Positions 1 through 10,578 are shown, counted from the first letter of the stretch. The stretch is DNA of 64,000 nucleotides from an uncultured Chloroflexia bacterium (GCA_963707215.1 CAVPPB010000001.1:224001-288000), one strand, 5' to 3'. Made by a program: numbers and translations. Notes: generated by a model from the sequence alone, not told the origin.

Positions 1-322
1 CCAGCAACAGGCGGTCGATCTCGTAGCCCGTCGCCGAGACCCGCATCGACTGGGCGAGCCAGAAGAAGGCGAGCATGAAGGCGATGACGATCGCACCCAG
101 GACGATCCCGATCCGGTCCGACCGTCGCCCGGCGCGAGTGGCTCCCCGAACACGCCGGCGCGGGATGACCGCATCGATGGCCGCGGCGACGGCCGCGCCA
201 GCGACGGACGGGCCGCCGATCGCCGGGACCGCGGCCGACGATCCTCCGGCCGCCCCGCGGACCGAACGGATGCCGGTGCTGGCTCGGACGCCGGTCCGTC
301 GGGCGCCCTCGTAGACGGCCAT
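1..322 (-). CDS. FtsL-like cell division membrane protein (3' end runs off the window)
   Basis: ATG at 322. Reads MAVYEGARR...RIGIVLGAIVIAFMLAFFLLAQSMRVSATGYEIDRLL: one TM helix followed by the start of a coiled coil. Sits downstream of mraZ-rsmH, where ftsL normally lies. Not in the ORF track because it is open-ended. Confidence 0.6.
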   Translation of the reverse strand, partial: MAVYEGARRTGVRASTGIRSVRGAAGGSSAAVPAIGGPSVAGAAVAAAIDAVIPRRRVRGATRAGRRSDRIGIVLGAIVIAFMLAFFWLAQSMRVSATGYEIDRLLL

Positions 323-323
323 C

Positions 324-530
324 TCAGTCGCCCAGGCCGAAGCGAAGCCGGCGGGGTCCGCCGTCCAGCTCGTACATGCCGTACGCCTCGTCCTGGCCCC
401 GCTGCCCGAAGGCGTCGATCCGCGCGTCGAGCCAGACCTCGTCGCGCCGACGGGTCTGGTCGCGCTCGCGCACCTCGTGCATCCGACGGCCGTACGTGCG
501 GCGCCGGGTGGACTGATGTCGCTTGCTCAT
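324..530 (-). CDS. Small Arg-rich hypothetical protein (68 aa)
   Basis: Strong SD (GAGGAGGAGG) before the ATG. Stop lies 1 nt before the ftsL-like start, inside the dcw operon. Confidence 0.65.
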   Translation of the reverse strand: MSKRHQSTRRRTYGRRMHEVRERDQTRRRDEVWLDARIDAFGQRGQDEAYGMYELDGGPRRLRFGLGD

Positions 531-591
531 CGGGCCTCCTCCTCTGGCTCCGGTGGGCGATGACCCGGCGGACCATCCGCCGGGTCCTGGG

Positions 592-1536
592 TCATGGGCT
601 GAGTCGCTCCGCCGCTCGGAGCCGGGCGCTCCGCGCCCGTGGGTTCGCCGAGATCTCCTCGGCCGTGGGAGTCAGCGAGGGCCGGGTCACGAGGCGGACC
701 CGGGGCGCCCGGCCGCAGACGCAGACCGGCAGCTCCGGCGGACACGTGCAGCCCCGCCGTTCGGACGCCAGGAATCGCTTGACGATCCGGTCCTCGAGCG
801 AGTGGTAGCTCAGGACCACGAGCCGCCCTCCTGGCCGGAGCAGATCGATCGCCGAGGACAGCGCCTCGCGAAGCGCGTCGAGCTCGTCGTTGACGGCGAT
901 CCGGAGGGCCTGGAAGACCCGGGTCGCCGGATGGATCCGGCGCGGTGGGCCCGCCCGACCCGGGACGACCTGCTCGACCAGCTCGGCGAGCTCCGTCGCG
1001 GTCTCGACCGGCGCGGTCCGCCGGCCCTGGACGATCGCCCGGGCGATCCGCTTCGCGTGGGGTTCCTCGCCGTATCGACGGAACAGGGCGACCAGCTCGG
1101 CTTCGTCGAGGGTCCGCAGGAGCTCCGCCGCCGCGACCCCCACCGTGGGGTCGAACCGCATGTCGAGTGGCCCGCCGGCCCGGAAGCCGAAGCCGCGGTC
1201 CGTGTCGGCCAGCTGGAACGAGGACAGCCCGAGATCCATCAGGCAGCCGTCGACGGAGGCGAACCCGGCCTCGGGTGCGACCTCACCGACGCGACGGAAG
1301 TCGGTCCGGCGAAGGACCAGCCGGTCGCCGAACCGAGCCAGGCGTTCGCGCACCCGCTCGATCGCTGCCGGATCCGCGTCGAGACCCAGGACGCGGCCGT
1401 CGGGGCTGGTGGCCTCCAGGATCCGCTCGGTGTGCCCACCGCCGCCGACCGTGGCGTCGATCTGAAGGCTGCCGGGAGCCGGGGCGAGGAACTCGATGAC
1501 CTCGTCCACCAGCACCGGCAGGTGCCCTTCCTTCAT
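592..1536 (-). CDS. rsmH: 16S rRNA m4C1402 methyltransferase RsmH
   Basis: HLPVL, DATVGGGGHT, DLGLSSFQL, PLDMRFD, HPATRVFQALRIAVNDEL, SYHSLEDRIVK and NPRARSARLR motifs. Confidence 0.97.
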   Translation of the reverse strand: MKEGHLPVLVDEVIEFLAPAPGSLQIDATVGGGGHTERILEATSPDGRVLGLDADPAAIERVRERLARFGDRLVLRRTDFRRVGEVAPEAGFASVDGCLMDLGLSSFQLADTDRGFGFRAGGPLDMRFDPTVGVAAAELLRTLDEAELVALFRRYGEEPHAKRIARAIVQGRRTAPVETATELAELVEQVVPGRAGPPRRIHPATRVFQALRIAVNDELDALREALSSAIDLLRPGGRLVVLSYHSLEDRIVKRFLASERRGCTCPPELPVCVCGRAPRVRLVTRPSLTPTAEEISANPRARSARLRAAERLSP

Positions 1537-1590
1537 CCCTCCTCCACGACCGTCGAACGGATCCCGAGCGGATCCTGGAAGCGCATATGG

Positions 1591-2019
1591 TCAGATCCCC
1601 AGGCCGTCGAGGTGATCGGCGAGCCGGGCCGGATCCTCGAGCTCCCGGCGGACGCCATCCCATCGTCCGGGGGCCCAGATCTCGGCGTGGTCGCGCGATC
1701 CCACGATGACCGCGTCGCCCGCCAGCTCCGCCCAGTCCCGGAGGAAGGCGGGCACCAGGACCCGTCCCTGGCGATCGAGCTCGACCTCGATCGCCCCTCC
1801 GAACAGGAAGCGCTGGAAGGCGCGGGATCCGGGGTCGGTGATGCGGAGACCGGCGACCTTGTCCGCCAGTGCCTCCCATTCCGACCGAGGGAACACCGCC
1901 AGGCAGCCATCGATCCAGCGGGAGACGAAGGCGCCGCCGGCGAGGGACGCGCGGAAGCGAGAGGGGACGGCGATCCGCCCCTTCTCGTCCACCGAGTGCC
2001 GGTACTCGCCGGTGAACAC
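1591..2019 (-). CDS. mraZ: Division/cell wall cluster transcriptional repressor MraZ
   Basis: FTGEYRHSVDEKGRIAVP and LDRQGRVLVP (two DxxGRxxxP motifs). A GTG start at 2019 gives 142 aa. Adjacent to rsmH. Confidence 0.95.
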   Translation of the reverse strand: MFTGEYRHSVDEKGRIAVPSRFRASLAGGAFVSRWIDGCLAVFPRSEWEALADKVAGLRITDPGSRAFQRFLFGGAIEVELDRQGRVLVPAFLRDWAELAGDAVIVGSRDHAEIWAPGRWDGVRRELEDPARLADHLDGLGI

Positions 2020-2077
2020 CGTCGGGCTACCCCTGCTGGTGATCGGGCACCGTCCGGCGCCGATCCTGGTCGGTTCC

Positions 2078-2103
2078 CCACTTGGCACCACTTTGTGCCA
2101 CTT
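2078..2103 (-). promoter_or_regulatory. MraZ binding boxes (three AAGTGG repeats, 10-bp period)
   Basis: CCACTT at 2078, 2088 and 2098 on the + strand. Matches the GTGG-N6 direct repeats known upstream of mraZ. Confidence 0.8.
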
Positions 2104-2109
2104 CGCCGC

Positions 2110-2137
2110 ATTCTAGCGGACGAAGCGAGCGCGTCAA
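2110..2137 (-). promoter_or_regulatory. Sigma70-type promoter of the dcw operon
   Basis: TTGACG (2137-2132), 16-nt spacer, TAGAAT (2115-2110), immediately upstream of the MraZ boxes. Confidence 0.7.
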
Positions 2138-2308
2138 TGCCAATTCCGCACAGCGGGCATGGCAGGAAACCGGAAGGGGCCGGGCAAGAAGGCGGGACGA
2201 TCCGACCGCGCTCGGCCGCTGGCCGTCCTTGCTAGCGGCTCCGGCGGCGAACAGCCGGTAGTGGCTCGACGGGGCCGTGAGGCCCGGCGCCAGGCCGTGG
2301 GCGCAGCG

Positions 2309-3127
2309 TCAGCGCGTCGGGGGCGGGAGCGTCAGACGGTCACCGGGCTTGATCCGGGATGGGTCGCCGATCCACGGATTGAGGTCGATGACGGTGTCGT
2401 ACGGGACTCCGAACCAGTTCGCGATGCTGAAGAGGTTGTCGCCCCTGCGGACGACATAGATGTAGCAGTCGGGCCTCTCGGGACAGGCGACCAGAACCGC
2501 GTAGCGGTCGCTCGACGGCGACGGAGCGCTGGATGCCGTCGGGGATGGCGGCGCATCGGGGCTGGGCGAGGGCGTTGCGGTCGATATCGACGGCGATGCG
2601 CCCGGAGTCGTGACCGGGGTCGCGGATCGGGAGGGCGATGGCGAGGCATCGGCGACGGCGGTGGGTGTCGCGGTGGCCGCACCGATGCCGGGCACCGCGA
2701 CGCCTCCGTTGGAGGCCACGAAGGCGATAGAGACGGCGACCGAGGCGACCAGGGCAGCGATGGCCAAGCCCGTCGGCCATCCGAGGCCGCGGCTGGAGGC
2801 AGCCACCTGATCGGATCCGACCGGTGCCACCTCGTCGGCCGCGCGCCGGAAGCGGGGGCAGTCCGCGTGAGCCGTCGCGAGGCAGACGAGCGCCTGCTGT
2901 CGATCGGACAGGTCGATCGGCTCGTCGAGGGCGACGCAGACGTTCCAGGCATCCGGGCCGCCGACCGGCACCGCGCCATCGCGACGCGCCAGGTACTGGC
3001 AGACCGGGCCGGTCGGCTCGATCCAGAGCGCAGTCGGAGCCGCCAGGGAGGATGCCTCGGCCTCGGCGCGGCTCGCCTCGTCGGCGGTGAGGCGTCCTGG
3101 GTCGTCTCCGTTCCCGGGTCCCGTCAT
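2309..3127 (-). CDS. Membrane-anchored LysM-domain protein with N-terminal Cys-rich domain
   Basis: Four-Cys N-terminal segment, one TM helix, Ser/Pro/Thr linker and C-terminal LysM ([13 protein letters not shown]...LNP...[10 protein letters not shown]). Confidence 0.85.
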   Translation of the reverse strand: MTGPGNGDDPGRLTADEASRAEAEASSLAAPTALWIEPTGPVCQYLARRDGAVPVGGPDAWNVCVALDEPIDLSDRQQALVCLATAHADCPRFRRAADEVAPVGSDQVAASSRGLGWPTGLAIAALVASVAVSIAFVASNGGVAVPGIGAATATPTAVADASPSPSRSATPVTTPGASPSISTATPSPSPDAPPSPTASSAPSPSSDRYAVLVACPERPDCYIYVVRRGDNLFSIANWFGVPYDTVIDLNPWIGDPSRIKPGDRLTLPPPTR

Positions 3128-3330
3128 CCGGGGTCGCTCATCGGCGTGACTCCGTGCGGTCGCTGCCGCCGGGAGTCTAGTACGAGCCGAGCCTCGGACG
3201 CCTCGAGGCGTCCCCTGCCGCGCACACGCTAGTACCTTCCGCTCGTTGCCGGGCGCGATCGGCCGGTGCTACCGTCGGGGCCGGCGTGGACCGCCGAACG
3301 AAGCTGCCCGGTACCGAGAGGACCGCCGCG

Positions 3331-3570
3331 ATGGCCCTGCCCCTGGACGCGACCCCGACCCCGACCGCGTACGGTCTCGCCCAGCCCCGGATCCGGCGCT
3401 GCACGTTCCGTCGGCTGACGATCGTCCGTGTCGACGGCGACCAGGTGTACGACGTGACCTGCCTCTACCCGGACCGTCGCCGGCCGATCCCCCTCGGCGA
3501 CCTCGAGACGGCGACCCCGATCTGCAACGCTTGCACGGCGGCCCACATCTTCCGGGCCGACGAGGACTGA
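3331..3570 (+). CDS. Small Cys-containing hypothetical protein (79 aa)
   Basis: SD GAGAGGA then ATG at 3331. Four Cys including CNAC. Codon usage typical for the genome. Confidence 0.65.
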   Translation: MALPLDATPTPTAYGLAQPRIRRCTFRRLTIVRVDGDQVYDVTCLYPDRRRPIPLGDLETATPICNACTAAHIFRADED

Positions 3571-3577
3571 GGGGCGT

Positions 3578-3928
3578 CGCCAGCGAGGCGGCCTGTAAGC
3601 CGGGTTCTGTCCCGCGACGAGCGCGGGGACGGTCATCCATCTACGGCCGTCGGTCGCCCGACGGCTCATGCGGCCGACCCGAGGGCTGGAGCGGCGCGCT
3701 CTGGTCCCGGCGGACCGGGACCGTGCCCTCCTACTTGGCCTTGCTCCGGGTGGAGTTTGCCGCGTTTCACTCCGGCCCCGAGGGGCCGGCATCGTCACTG
3801 TGGCACTGGTCCTCGCCTTGCGGCGGACGGGCGTTACCCGCCACCCTTGCGCCGTGGAGCCCGGACTTTCCTCACGCCACGACCGGTCGCCCGATCACGG
3901 TGCGCGACCGTCCGGCCGCCTCGCTGGC
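3578..3928 (-). ncRNA. rnpB: Ribonuclease P RNA (bacterial type A)
   Basis: Minus strand contains GAGGAAAGTCCGGGC near the 5' end and ACAGAACCCGGCTTAC near the 3' end. P1 ends (GCCAGCGAGGCGGCC / GGCCGCCTCGCTGGC) are complementary. A TAGAAT -10 box lies at 3940-3935. Confidence 0.95.
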
Positions 3929-3983
3929 ATCCCGATTCTAGCGCGCCCGCCGGACGGTCCCCTCCGGCGGACCCCGCTCCCGG

Positions 3984-4505
3984 TCAGGGACGCTGGACGA
4001 CCCGCGGCGGCCCCCCGGCGGCGACCCGGTCGATGGCCTCGTTGGCGAGGGCATCGGCAGCGTGGTTCTCGGCGCGCCGGACGTGACGAGCGGACCAGCG
4101 GTCGAAGCCGGCGAGGCGCCGCCGTGCGTCCTCCCAGAGCGGGCGGAGCTTGGCGTCCTTGACCTTCCACCGCCCATGGAGCTGCTCGACGATGAGCATC
4201 GAGTCGAGCAGCAGGTCGACCTCCTGAGCACCGAGCTCGGCGGCGAGCTCGAGTGCCCGTACGACGCCGAGATACTCGGCCACGTTGTTCGTTCGGACGC
4301 CCAGCCACTCCGAGATCGTCGCCACGGGCCTGGCGGCAGGGTCGAGGGCTCCCCTGCGCTCCGCGTCGATGAGGACCGCACCCAGCGACGCGGGTCCCGG
4401 GTTCCCCCTGGCCGCTCCATCGGTCCGGATGATGAGCCGGCGCGGCCCGGCAGCGGGCGCCGGGCCTGGCTCGTCGTCCGGGTCCCAGAGCCCGTCCTGA
4501 CTCAG
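3984..4505 (-). CDS. rnhA: Ribonuclease HI family protein
   Basis: LIIRTDGAARGNPGPA, TNNVAEY, LDSMLIVEQL and HVRRAENHAADALAN motifs. The first catalytic motif lies upstream of the ORF-track GTG at 4325, so the start is placed at a CTG overlapping the sdhB stop. Confidence 0.85.
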   Translation of the reverse strand: MSQDGLWDPDDEPGPAPAAGPRRLIIRTDGAARGNPGPASLGAVLIDAERRGALDPAARPVATISEWLGVRTNNVAEYLGVVRALELAAELGAQEVDLLLDSMLIVEQLHGRWKVKDAKLRPLWEDARRRLAGFDRWSARHVRRAENHAADALANEAIDRVAAGGPPRVVQRP

Positions 4506-5200
4506 GAGTGCTCCTCCACGATCGCCTCGGAGATCTCCAGGATCGCCTGGGTGATCCGGATCCCCCGAGGGCAGGCGTCGGTGCAGTTGAAGATCGTCCG
4601 ACAGCGCCAGACACCGTCCTTGTCGGCGAGGATCTCGAGCCGCTCCTCCCGGGCGTCGTCACGTGTATCGAAGACGAAACGATGGGCGTTGACGATGGCA
4701 GCCGGGCCCACGTAGGACGACTTGGCCCAGAACGACGGGCACGACGACGTGCAGGCGGCGCACAGGATGCACTTGGTGGTGTCGTCGAAGCGGGCTCGGT
4801 CACGGGGGCTCTGGCGGCGCTCGCGGTCGGGCGGGGGTCCCTCGGCGACCAGGAAGGGCATGACGCTGCGATAGCGGTCGAAGAAGCCCTCCATGTCGAC
4901 GACGAGGTCCTTCATGACGGGCAGGCCCGGCAGCGGAGCGAGGCTGATCTTGCGGCCCAGCTGATCGACCCGGATCTTGCAGGCGAGGCGGTTGCGGCCG
5001 TTGACGAGCATCGCGTCGGACCCGCAGATACCGTGGCCACAGGACCTCCGGAACGTGAGCGTCCCGTCCTGCTCGTACTTGATCCGGTGGAGCAGGTCGA
5101 GGACCCGGTCCATGGGCTCCGCGTCGACGGTGTAGCGCTCCCAGTGCGGCTTCGGGTCGCGGTCCGGGTCGAAGCGAAGGATCTTGAGGTCGACCTGCAT
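4502..5200 (-). CDS. sdhB: Succinate dehydrogenase iron-sulfur subunit
   Basis: SCGHGICGSD, CILCAACTSSCP and CRTIFNCTDACP Fe-S motifs. Confidence 0.95.
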   Translation of the reverse strand: MQVDLKILRFDPDRDPKPHWERYTVDAEPMDRVLDLLHRIKYEQDGTLTFRRSCGHGICGSDAMLVNGRNRLACKIRVDQLGRKISLAPLPGLPVMKDLVVDMEGFFDRYRSVMPFLVAEGPPPDRERRQSPRDRARFDDTTKCILCAACTSSCPSFWAKSSYVGPAAIVNAHRFVFDTRDDAREERLEILADKDGVWRCRTIFNCTDACPRGIRITQAILEISEAIVEEHS

Positions 5201-5201
5201 C

Positions 5202-6956
5202 TCAGTACACCCGCGGCTTCGGCTCGAAGCGGGTGATCGTCACCGGCTTGTAGTCGATCGACGGGCCATCGGAGGTGCGGCGCGTGAGACTGTGGGCGAG
5301 GAAGTCGACGTCGTCACGCTCCGGATAGTCCTCGCGGGAGTGAGCGCCGCGGCTCTCCTTCCGGTCGAGCGCGGCCACGACGGTCGTCTCGGCGCAATCG
5401 AGCAGGTAGCCGAGCTCGCGCGCCTCGAGCAGGTCGGTGTTGAAGGTCGCGCCACGATCCTGGACCCGGACCCCGGCGTAGCGTCCGCGCAGCTCGGCGA
5501 CCTTGGCGCGAGCCGCGCTGAGGAGCGTCTCGTCCCGGAACACCCCGACGTTGTCCATCATGACGTCGGCCAGCTCCTTGCGGATCCGCGACGCTGACTC
5601 GACACCCCCGACCGGCGGATCGGACACGAGCTTCGCCAGCTCGGCCCGGGCCGGCTCCACAGCGTCGCGCGGAACGTCGGGCGGCGTCATCCCGGCCACG
5701 TCCTGGACCATCTGGCGGCCAGCCCGCCGCCCGAAGACGAGGAGGTCGACGAGCGAGTTCGTGCCCAGGCGATTCGCCCCGTGGACGCTCACGCAGGCGC
5801 ACTCGCCCGCCGCGTAGAGGCCCGGCACGACCGTGTCGAGCCGGTCGCGGATGACCCGCGTCCGGAGGTCGGTCGGGATCCCGCCCATCGAGTAGTGGGC
5901 GGTCGGCTGGATGGGCACCGGCTCGGTCAGCGGCTCCACCCCCAGGTAGACCCGGGCGAAGTCGGTGATGTCGGGCAGCTTCTCCTCGATGACGTCGCGG
6001 CCCAGGTGGCGCACGTCGAGGAGGACGTAGTCCTTGCCGTCGACCCCACGCCCATCGCGGACCTCGAGGTAGATCGCCCGGCTGACCATGTCGCGCGGGG
6101 CAAGGTCCATGAGGGTCGGTGCGTAGCGCTCCATGAAGCGCTCGCCCTGCCCGTTGAGGAGGATGCCACCCTCGCCCCGGGCCGCCTCGGACAGCAGGAC
6201 GCCGAGTCCCTTGATCCCCGTCGGATGGAACTGGTAGAACTCCATATCCTCGAGCGGGATCCCGTGGCGGTAGGCCAGGGAGATCCCGTCGCCGGTCAGG
6301 GACCAGGCGTTCGAGGTGATCCGGAACAGCCGTCCGTAACCGCCGGTCGCCAGCAAGACGGCCTTCGCGGCGAACGTGTCCAGCGAGCCATCGGCGATCC
6401 GGTAGGCGACGACACCGGCCGAGCGGCCGCCGTCTCCGAGGTCCGCGCCCTCGCTGATGAGGTCGACGACGTGATACTCGTCGAAGAACGTGACCCCGTG
6501 CTTGATGCACTGCTGGTAGAGCGTCTGGAGGATCATGTGGCCGGTGCGGTCGGCGGCGAAGCACGAGCGCTTGACCGGCCCCTCCCCGTAGTTGCGCGTG
6601 TGACCGCCGAACCGCCGTTGATCGATCAGGCCCTCGGGCGTCCGGTTGAACGGCAGACCCATGTGCTCGAGCTCGATCACGCACTCGATGGCCTCCCGGG
6701 CCAGGATCTCGGCTGCGTCCTGGTCGACCAGGTAGTCACCGCCCTTGACGGTGTCGAACATGTGCCACTCCCAGTGGTCCTCCTCGAGGTTGCCGAGGGC
6801 GGCACACACGCCACCCTGGGCGGCGCCGGTGTGGGAGCGGGTCGGGTACAGCTTGGTGAGGACGGCCGAACGCACGCCGGCCTTGGCCAGCTCGAGGGCG
6901 GCCCACAGGCCGGCCCCCCCGGCGCCGACGATGACCGCGTCGAATCGGTGCTCCAT
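5202..6956 (-). CDS. sdhA: Succinate dehydrogenase flavoprotein subunit
   Basis: [16 protein letters not shown] (covalent FAD His), QFHPTG, HYSMGG and [11 protein letters not shown] motifs. Confidence 0.97.
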   Translation of the reverse strand: MEHRFDAVIVGAGGAGLWAALELAKAGVRSAVLTKLYPTRSHTGAAQGGVCAALGNLEEDHWEWHMFDTVKGGDYLVDQDAAEILAREAIECVIELEHMGLPFNRTPEGLIDQRRFGGHTRNYGEGPVKRSCFAADRTGHMILQTLYQQCIKHGVTFFDEYHVVDLISEGADLGDGGRSAGVVAYRIADGSLDTFAAKAVLLATGGYGRLFRITSNAWSLTGDGISLAYRHGIPLEDMEFYQFHPTGIKGLGVLLSEAARGEGGILLNGQGERFMERYAPTLMDLAPRDMVSRAIYLEVRDGRGVDGKDYVLLDVRHLGRDVIEEKLPDITDFARVYLGVEPLTEPVPIQPTAHYSMGGIPTDLRTRVIRDRLDTVVPGLYAAGECACVSVHGANRLGTNSLVDLLVFGRRAGRQMVQDVAGMTPPDVPRDAVEPARAELAKLVSDPPVGGVESASRIRKELADVMMDNVGVFRDETLLSAARAKVAELRGRYAGVRVQDRGATFNTDLLEARELGYLLDCAETTVVAALDRKESRGAHSREDYPERDDVDFLAHSLTRRTSDGPSIDYKPVTITRFEPKPRVY

Positions 6957-6963
6957 CAGTGGC

Positions 6964-7353
6964 TCACTCGATCGGGAGGGACATCGTCGCGACGACGATC
7001 GTGCCCATGGCGAAGATCACGAGGGCGCCCAGGTAGAGGCCCATGGTGAGCACGGTCCGGACGCCGCCGCGGGTGTAGTCCTGGACGACGGTTCGCATGC
7101 CCATGAAGGCATGGAAGGTGACGAACGTCAGCATCAGCCAGTCGACGGTCCGCCAGGCGATGCTCCCCCACCGCTCGGTGGCGATCCAGTCGGCCGTCTG
7201 CTCGGCCGGATCGAAGATGACGTGGGTGATCATGAAGTGGCCGAGGGCCGTCACGAAGAGGCCGAGGCCCGTGAGGCGGATGAGGTACCAGACCGCCAGC
7301 TCGTAGCCGCCCGACTTGGGCCGGGCTCGACTGGCGTACGACGACCGGGTCAT
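6964..7353 (-). CDS. sdhD: Succinate dehydrogenase hydrophobic anchor subunit
   Basis: Three TM helices, [13 protein letters not shown] motif, position in the operon. Confidence 0.85.
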   Translation of the reverse strand: MTRSSYASRARPKSGGYELAVWYLIRLTGLGLFVTALGHFMITHVIFDPAEQTADWIATERWGSIAWRTVDWLMLTFVTFHAFMGMRTVVQDYTRGGVRTVLTMGLYLGALVIFAMGTIVVATMSLPIE

Positions 7354-7745
7354 CAGGCGCCTCCCAGGAGCTGCTGGAACTGGGGCAGCCCGAAGGCCGG
7401 GGCCATGATGTGATAGGCGACCGGCAGGCCGACGACGAAGAAGGCGATCCAGCTGGCGTACCAGAGCTGGCGGTGGTAGCGGGTCATCGCCGGCCAGAAG
7501 TCCATGATGATGATCCGCAGGCCGTTGAGGGCGTGGTAGAGGAGCGCAGCCCCGAGGAGCGTCTCGCCGAAGCGCCCGATCGGGCTGGCGTAGATCGCCA
7601 GCACCTCGTCGTACAGCTCCGGGCTGGCGCCGGCCAACCAGATGTCGAGGACGTGCAGCAGGATGAAGGCGAACAGGGCCACGCCCGCGATCCGATGGAA
7701 CGCCCAGGCGACCATCCCCTCGCCCCCGCGGTAGCGGAACAGCAT
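7353..7745 (-). CDS. sdhC: Succinate dehydrogenase cytochrome b556 subunit
   Basis: MLFRYRGGEGMVAWAFHRIAG...HALNGLRIIIMDF. ATG at 7745 follows a GGAGG SD. Confidence 0.9.
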   Translation of the reverse strand: MLFRYRGGEGMVAWAFHRIAGVALFAFILLHVLDIWLAGASPELYDEVLAIYASPIGRFGETLLGAALLYHALNGLRIIIMDFWPAMTRYHRQLWYASWIAFFVVGLPVAYHIMAPAFGLPQFQQLLGGA

Positions 7746-8068
7746 CGGTCCTCCGTTGCCTCGACTTCCTTCGATCGCCCGGGAGTTGCCAGCGTACCGT
7801 CTCGGCCCGCGCCGCGTCGCACCGGGCAGGGCCCCGGCCCGTGCCAACGCCAGGCGGCCGTACACGGACGGAACACCGCGCTGGACCTCCATTCTAGGCG
7901 CTGCGGAAGGCTCGACCCGGTCCATCCGGCCGCCTCCGGCGGGCCGACCGGCCGGCCGGAGGCGGGACCACCGGCCGTAGGAGCCGTTGCGGACGTCATG
8001 CCCCGCCGGAGCCGGGCGCGGTACCATCGGGAGCGCCCTGAATCACCAGCCCGGAAGGTCGTGCGCCC

Positions 8069-9253
8069 GTGAAGATCCAGGAAGCCGACGCCAAGTCGCT
8101 GCTCGCCGCCCAGGGCCTGCCCGTCCCGCCATGGACCGTCGCTCGCTCCCCGGCCGAGGCCCGCGAAGCCGCCGAACGCTACCTCGCCGAGGGCGCCGGC
8201 CGTGTGGTGGTCAAGGCCCAGGTCCTCGTCGGCGGACGCGGCAAGGCCGGCGGCGTCAAGCTCGCCGGTTCGCCCGCCGAGGCCGAGGCAGTGGCCGGGC
8301 GGATCCTTGGGATGGCCATCAAGGGGATCACCGTCCGCAAGGTCCTGGTGGGGCCCGCGGCCGTCATCGTCAAGGAGTTCTACCTCGGTGCCATCCTCGA
8401 CCGAGCCTCACGGCGGATCGTCCTCATGGCCTCGGCGGAGGGTGGCGTCGAGATCGAGGAGGTGGCCCGGACCACCCCTGAGGCGATCCACCGCGTCGAG
8501 GCCCACCCCCTGCTCGGACTGCTCGACTATCAGGCCCGCCAGCTTGCCTTCGCCGTCGGCCTGGGGGCCGGCGACGTCCGGGACTTCGTGCGGATCGCCA
8601 AGGGCCTGGTGGCCACCATGCAAGCCAACGACGCGGATCTCGTCGAGATCAACCCCCTGGCCATCGTCCGCGAGCGCGGCCCGGAGGGCCAGGTCGAGCG
8701 CCTCTCATGCCTCGACGCCAAGATCACCCTCGACGATTCGGCCCTGCCCCGCCATCCGGACCTCGAGTTGCTCCGGGACCTCGACGAGGAGGATCCCGCC
8801 GATGCGGAGGCGCGCCACTACGACATCAGCTTCATCCATCTGGACGGGACGATCGGCTGCATGGTCAACGGAGCCGGCCTGGCGATGACCACGATGGACC
8901 TGGTCAAGCGGGCCGGCGGCGAGCCGGCCAACTTCCTCGACATCGGCGGTGGCGCCAAGGCCGACCGGGTGGCAGCCGCGATGCGGCTCATCCTGGCCGA
9001 CCCGAACGTCCGGGCCATCCTGGTCAACATCTTCGGCGGCATCACCCGCGGCGACGAGGTCGCTCGCGGGCTCATCGAGGCTCGCTCGCGCCAGGAGCGC
9101 GAGGTCCCGATGGTGGTCCGGATCGTCGGCACCAACGCGGAGGAGGCGGCCCGCCTGCTCCAGGAGGCACGCTTCGAGACGGCGGCCTCGCTCGACGAGG
9201 CGGCTGCCAAGGCCGTCGCGTCGGCGCAGGCAGCGGGAGGTTCCGCGGCATGA
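8069..9253 (+). CDS. sucC: Succinyl-CoA synthetase beta subunit
   Basis: [43 protein letters not shown] and NIFGGI motifs. Confidence 0.96.
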   Translation: MKIQEADAKSLLAAQGLPVPPWTVARSPAEAREAAERYLAEGAGRVVVKAQVLVGGRGKAGGVKLAGSPAEAEAVAGRILGMAIKGITVRKVLVGPAAVIVKEFYLGAILDRASRRIVLMASAEGGVEIEEVARTTPEAIHRVEAHPLLGLLDYQARQLAFAVGLGAGDVRDFVRIAKGLVATMQANDADLVEINPLAIVRERGPEGQVERLSCLDAKITLDDSALPRHPDLELLRDLDEEDPADAEARHYDISFIHLDGTIGCMVNGAGLAMTTMDLVKRAGGEPANFLDIGGGAKADRVAAAMRLILADPNVRAILVNIFGGITRGDEVARGLIEARSRQEREVPMVVRIVGTNAEEAARLLQEARFETAASLDEAAAKAVASAQAAGGSAA

Positions 9254-10134
9254 GCATCCTGATCGACAACGACACCCGCCTCGTCGTCCAGGGCATCACC
9301 GGCCGCGAGGGCGAGTTCCATTCCCGCCAGATGCTCGAGTACGGGACCCGGATCGTCGCCGGGGTGACGCCGGGCAAGGGAGGCCTCCACGCCCTCGAGA
9401 ACCGCGTGCCGGTCTTCGACACGGTCGCCGAGGCGGTCGCCCAGACCGGAGCGAACACGTCCTGCATCTTCGTCCCGGCCGGCGGCGCGCCCGACGCCGT
9501 GCTCGAGGCGGTCGGGGCCGGCATCGAGACGGTCTTCTGCATCACCGAGGGCATCCCGGCGCTCGACATGCTGCCGGTCGTTGAGGTCGTCAGCGCGGCG
9601 GGAGCCCGGCTGATCGGCCCCAACTGCCCCGGGGCGACCTCGCCGGGCCGAGCCAAGGTCGGCATCATCCCGGGTTCCATCCATCGCGAGGGTCGGGCCG
9701 GGGTGGTCAGCCGTTCCGGGACCCTGACCTACGAGGCGGTCCAGGCGATGACCGATGCCGGGATCGGTCAGAGCACCTGCGTCGGGATCGGTGGTGACCC
9801 GATCATCGGGACCACCTTCCTCGACGTCCTCAAGCTGTTCGCGGAAGACCCCGAGACCGAGGCGATCGTCCTGATCGGCGAGATCGGCGGTGCGGCCGAG
9901 GAAGAGGCGGCAGCCTGGGCGGCCGAGCATCTCCAGGGGGTCCCCATGGCCGCCTTCATCGCCGGCCGGACCGCGCCGGAAGGCAAGCGCATGGGTCATG
10001 CCGGGGCGATCATCTCTGGCGGGCGCGGCACCGCGGCCGAGAAGATCTCCGCCCTGGAGGCTGCTGGGATCCGGGTCGCCGGCTCACCCGCCGAGCTCCC
10101 GGCTCTCCTGCGCGAGGCCGGCTACCGCGGCTAG
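9250..10134 (+). CDS. sucD: Succinyl-CoA synthetase alpha subunit
   Basis: [31 protein letters not shown] and MGHAGA (phospho-His). ATGA overlap with sucC. Confidence 0.96.
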   Translation: MSILIDNDTRLVVQGITGREGEFHSRQMLEYGTRIVAGVTPGKGGLHALENRVPVFDTVAEAVAQTGANTSCIFVPAGGAPDAVLEAVGAGIETVFCITEGIPALDMLPVVEVVSAAGARLIGPNCPGATSPGRAKVGIIPGSIHREGRAGVVSRSGTLTYEAVQAMTDAGIGQSTCVGIGGDPIIGTTFLDVLKLFAEDPETEAIVLIGEIGGAAEEEAAAWAAEHLQGVPMAAFIAGRTAPEGKRMGHAGAIISGGRGTAAEKISALEAAGIRVAGSPAELPALLREAGYRG

Positions 10135-10176
10135 CTCGACCGGCACCGGTCCGTCGACGGGTCCCGCGGCCGGTCG

Positions 10177-10578
10177 TCAGCGACCGAAGGCGCTGCGGAC
10201 GTTGGCCCGGAACAGGTAGACGAACACGATCAGCGGGATCAGCGACGCGCCGATCGCCTGCGGCCAGCCGACGTTGCCACCGAGGGCGGCGAGCGCGTTG
10301 ACGACGACCTGGCCGCCCGAGACGAGCACCGCGAGCACCCAGGCCCAGGGACGCAGGTCGGCGAGCGCCCAGGCGACGAAGAAGTAGACCGCGGCGATCC
10401 CGAGGTAGACGGCGCCCATGACCGCGATCGGCAGGGCCGGCGAATCGGCCGTGCTCAGGAGCGTGGCGGCGGAGCCGATGAGCGACACGATCCCGAAGGC
10501 CAGCGGGCCCACTCCGCCCAGCGCCACCAGCACGGCCACGACGGTGACCCCGGTCGGACGTCGACCTTCACCCAGCAT
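10177..10578 (-). CDS. Four-TM hypothetical membrane protein
   Basis: SD GGAGGG then ATG at 10578. RPTGVT N-terminal motif and four hydrophobic segments. Confidence 0.7.
   Translation of the reverse strand: MLGEGRRPTGVTVVAVLVALGGVGPLAFGIVSLIGSAATLLSTADSPALPIAVMGAVYLGIAAVYFFVAWALADLRPWAWVLAVLVSGGQVVVNALAALGGNVGWPQAIGASLIPLIVFVYLFRANVRSAFGR

Noticed and set aside
3668-4162. ORFs overlapping 3578-3928
   Set aside because: The region is explained by RNase P RNA.
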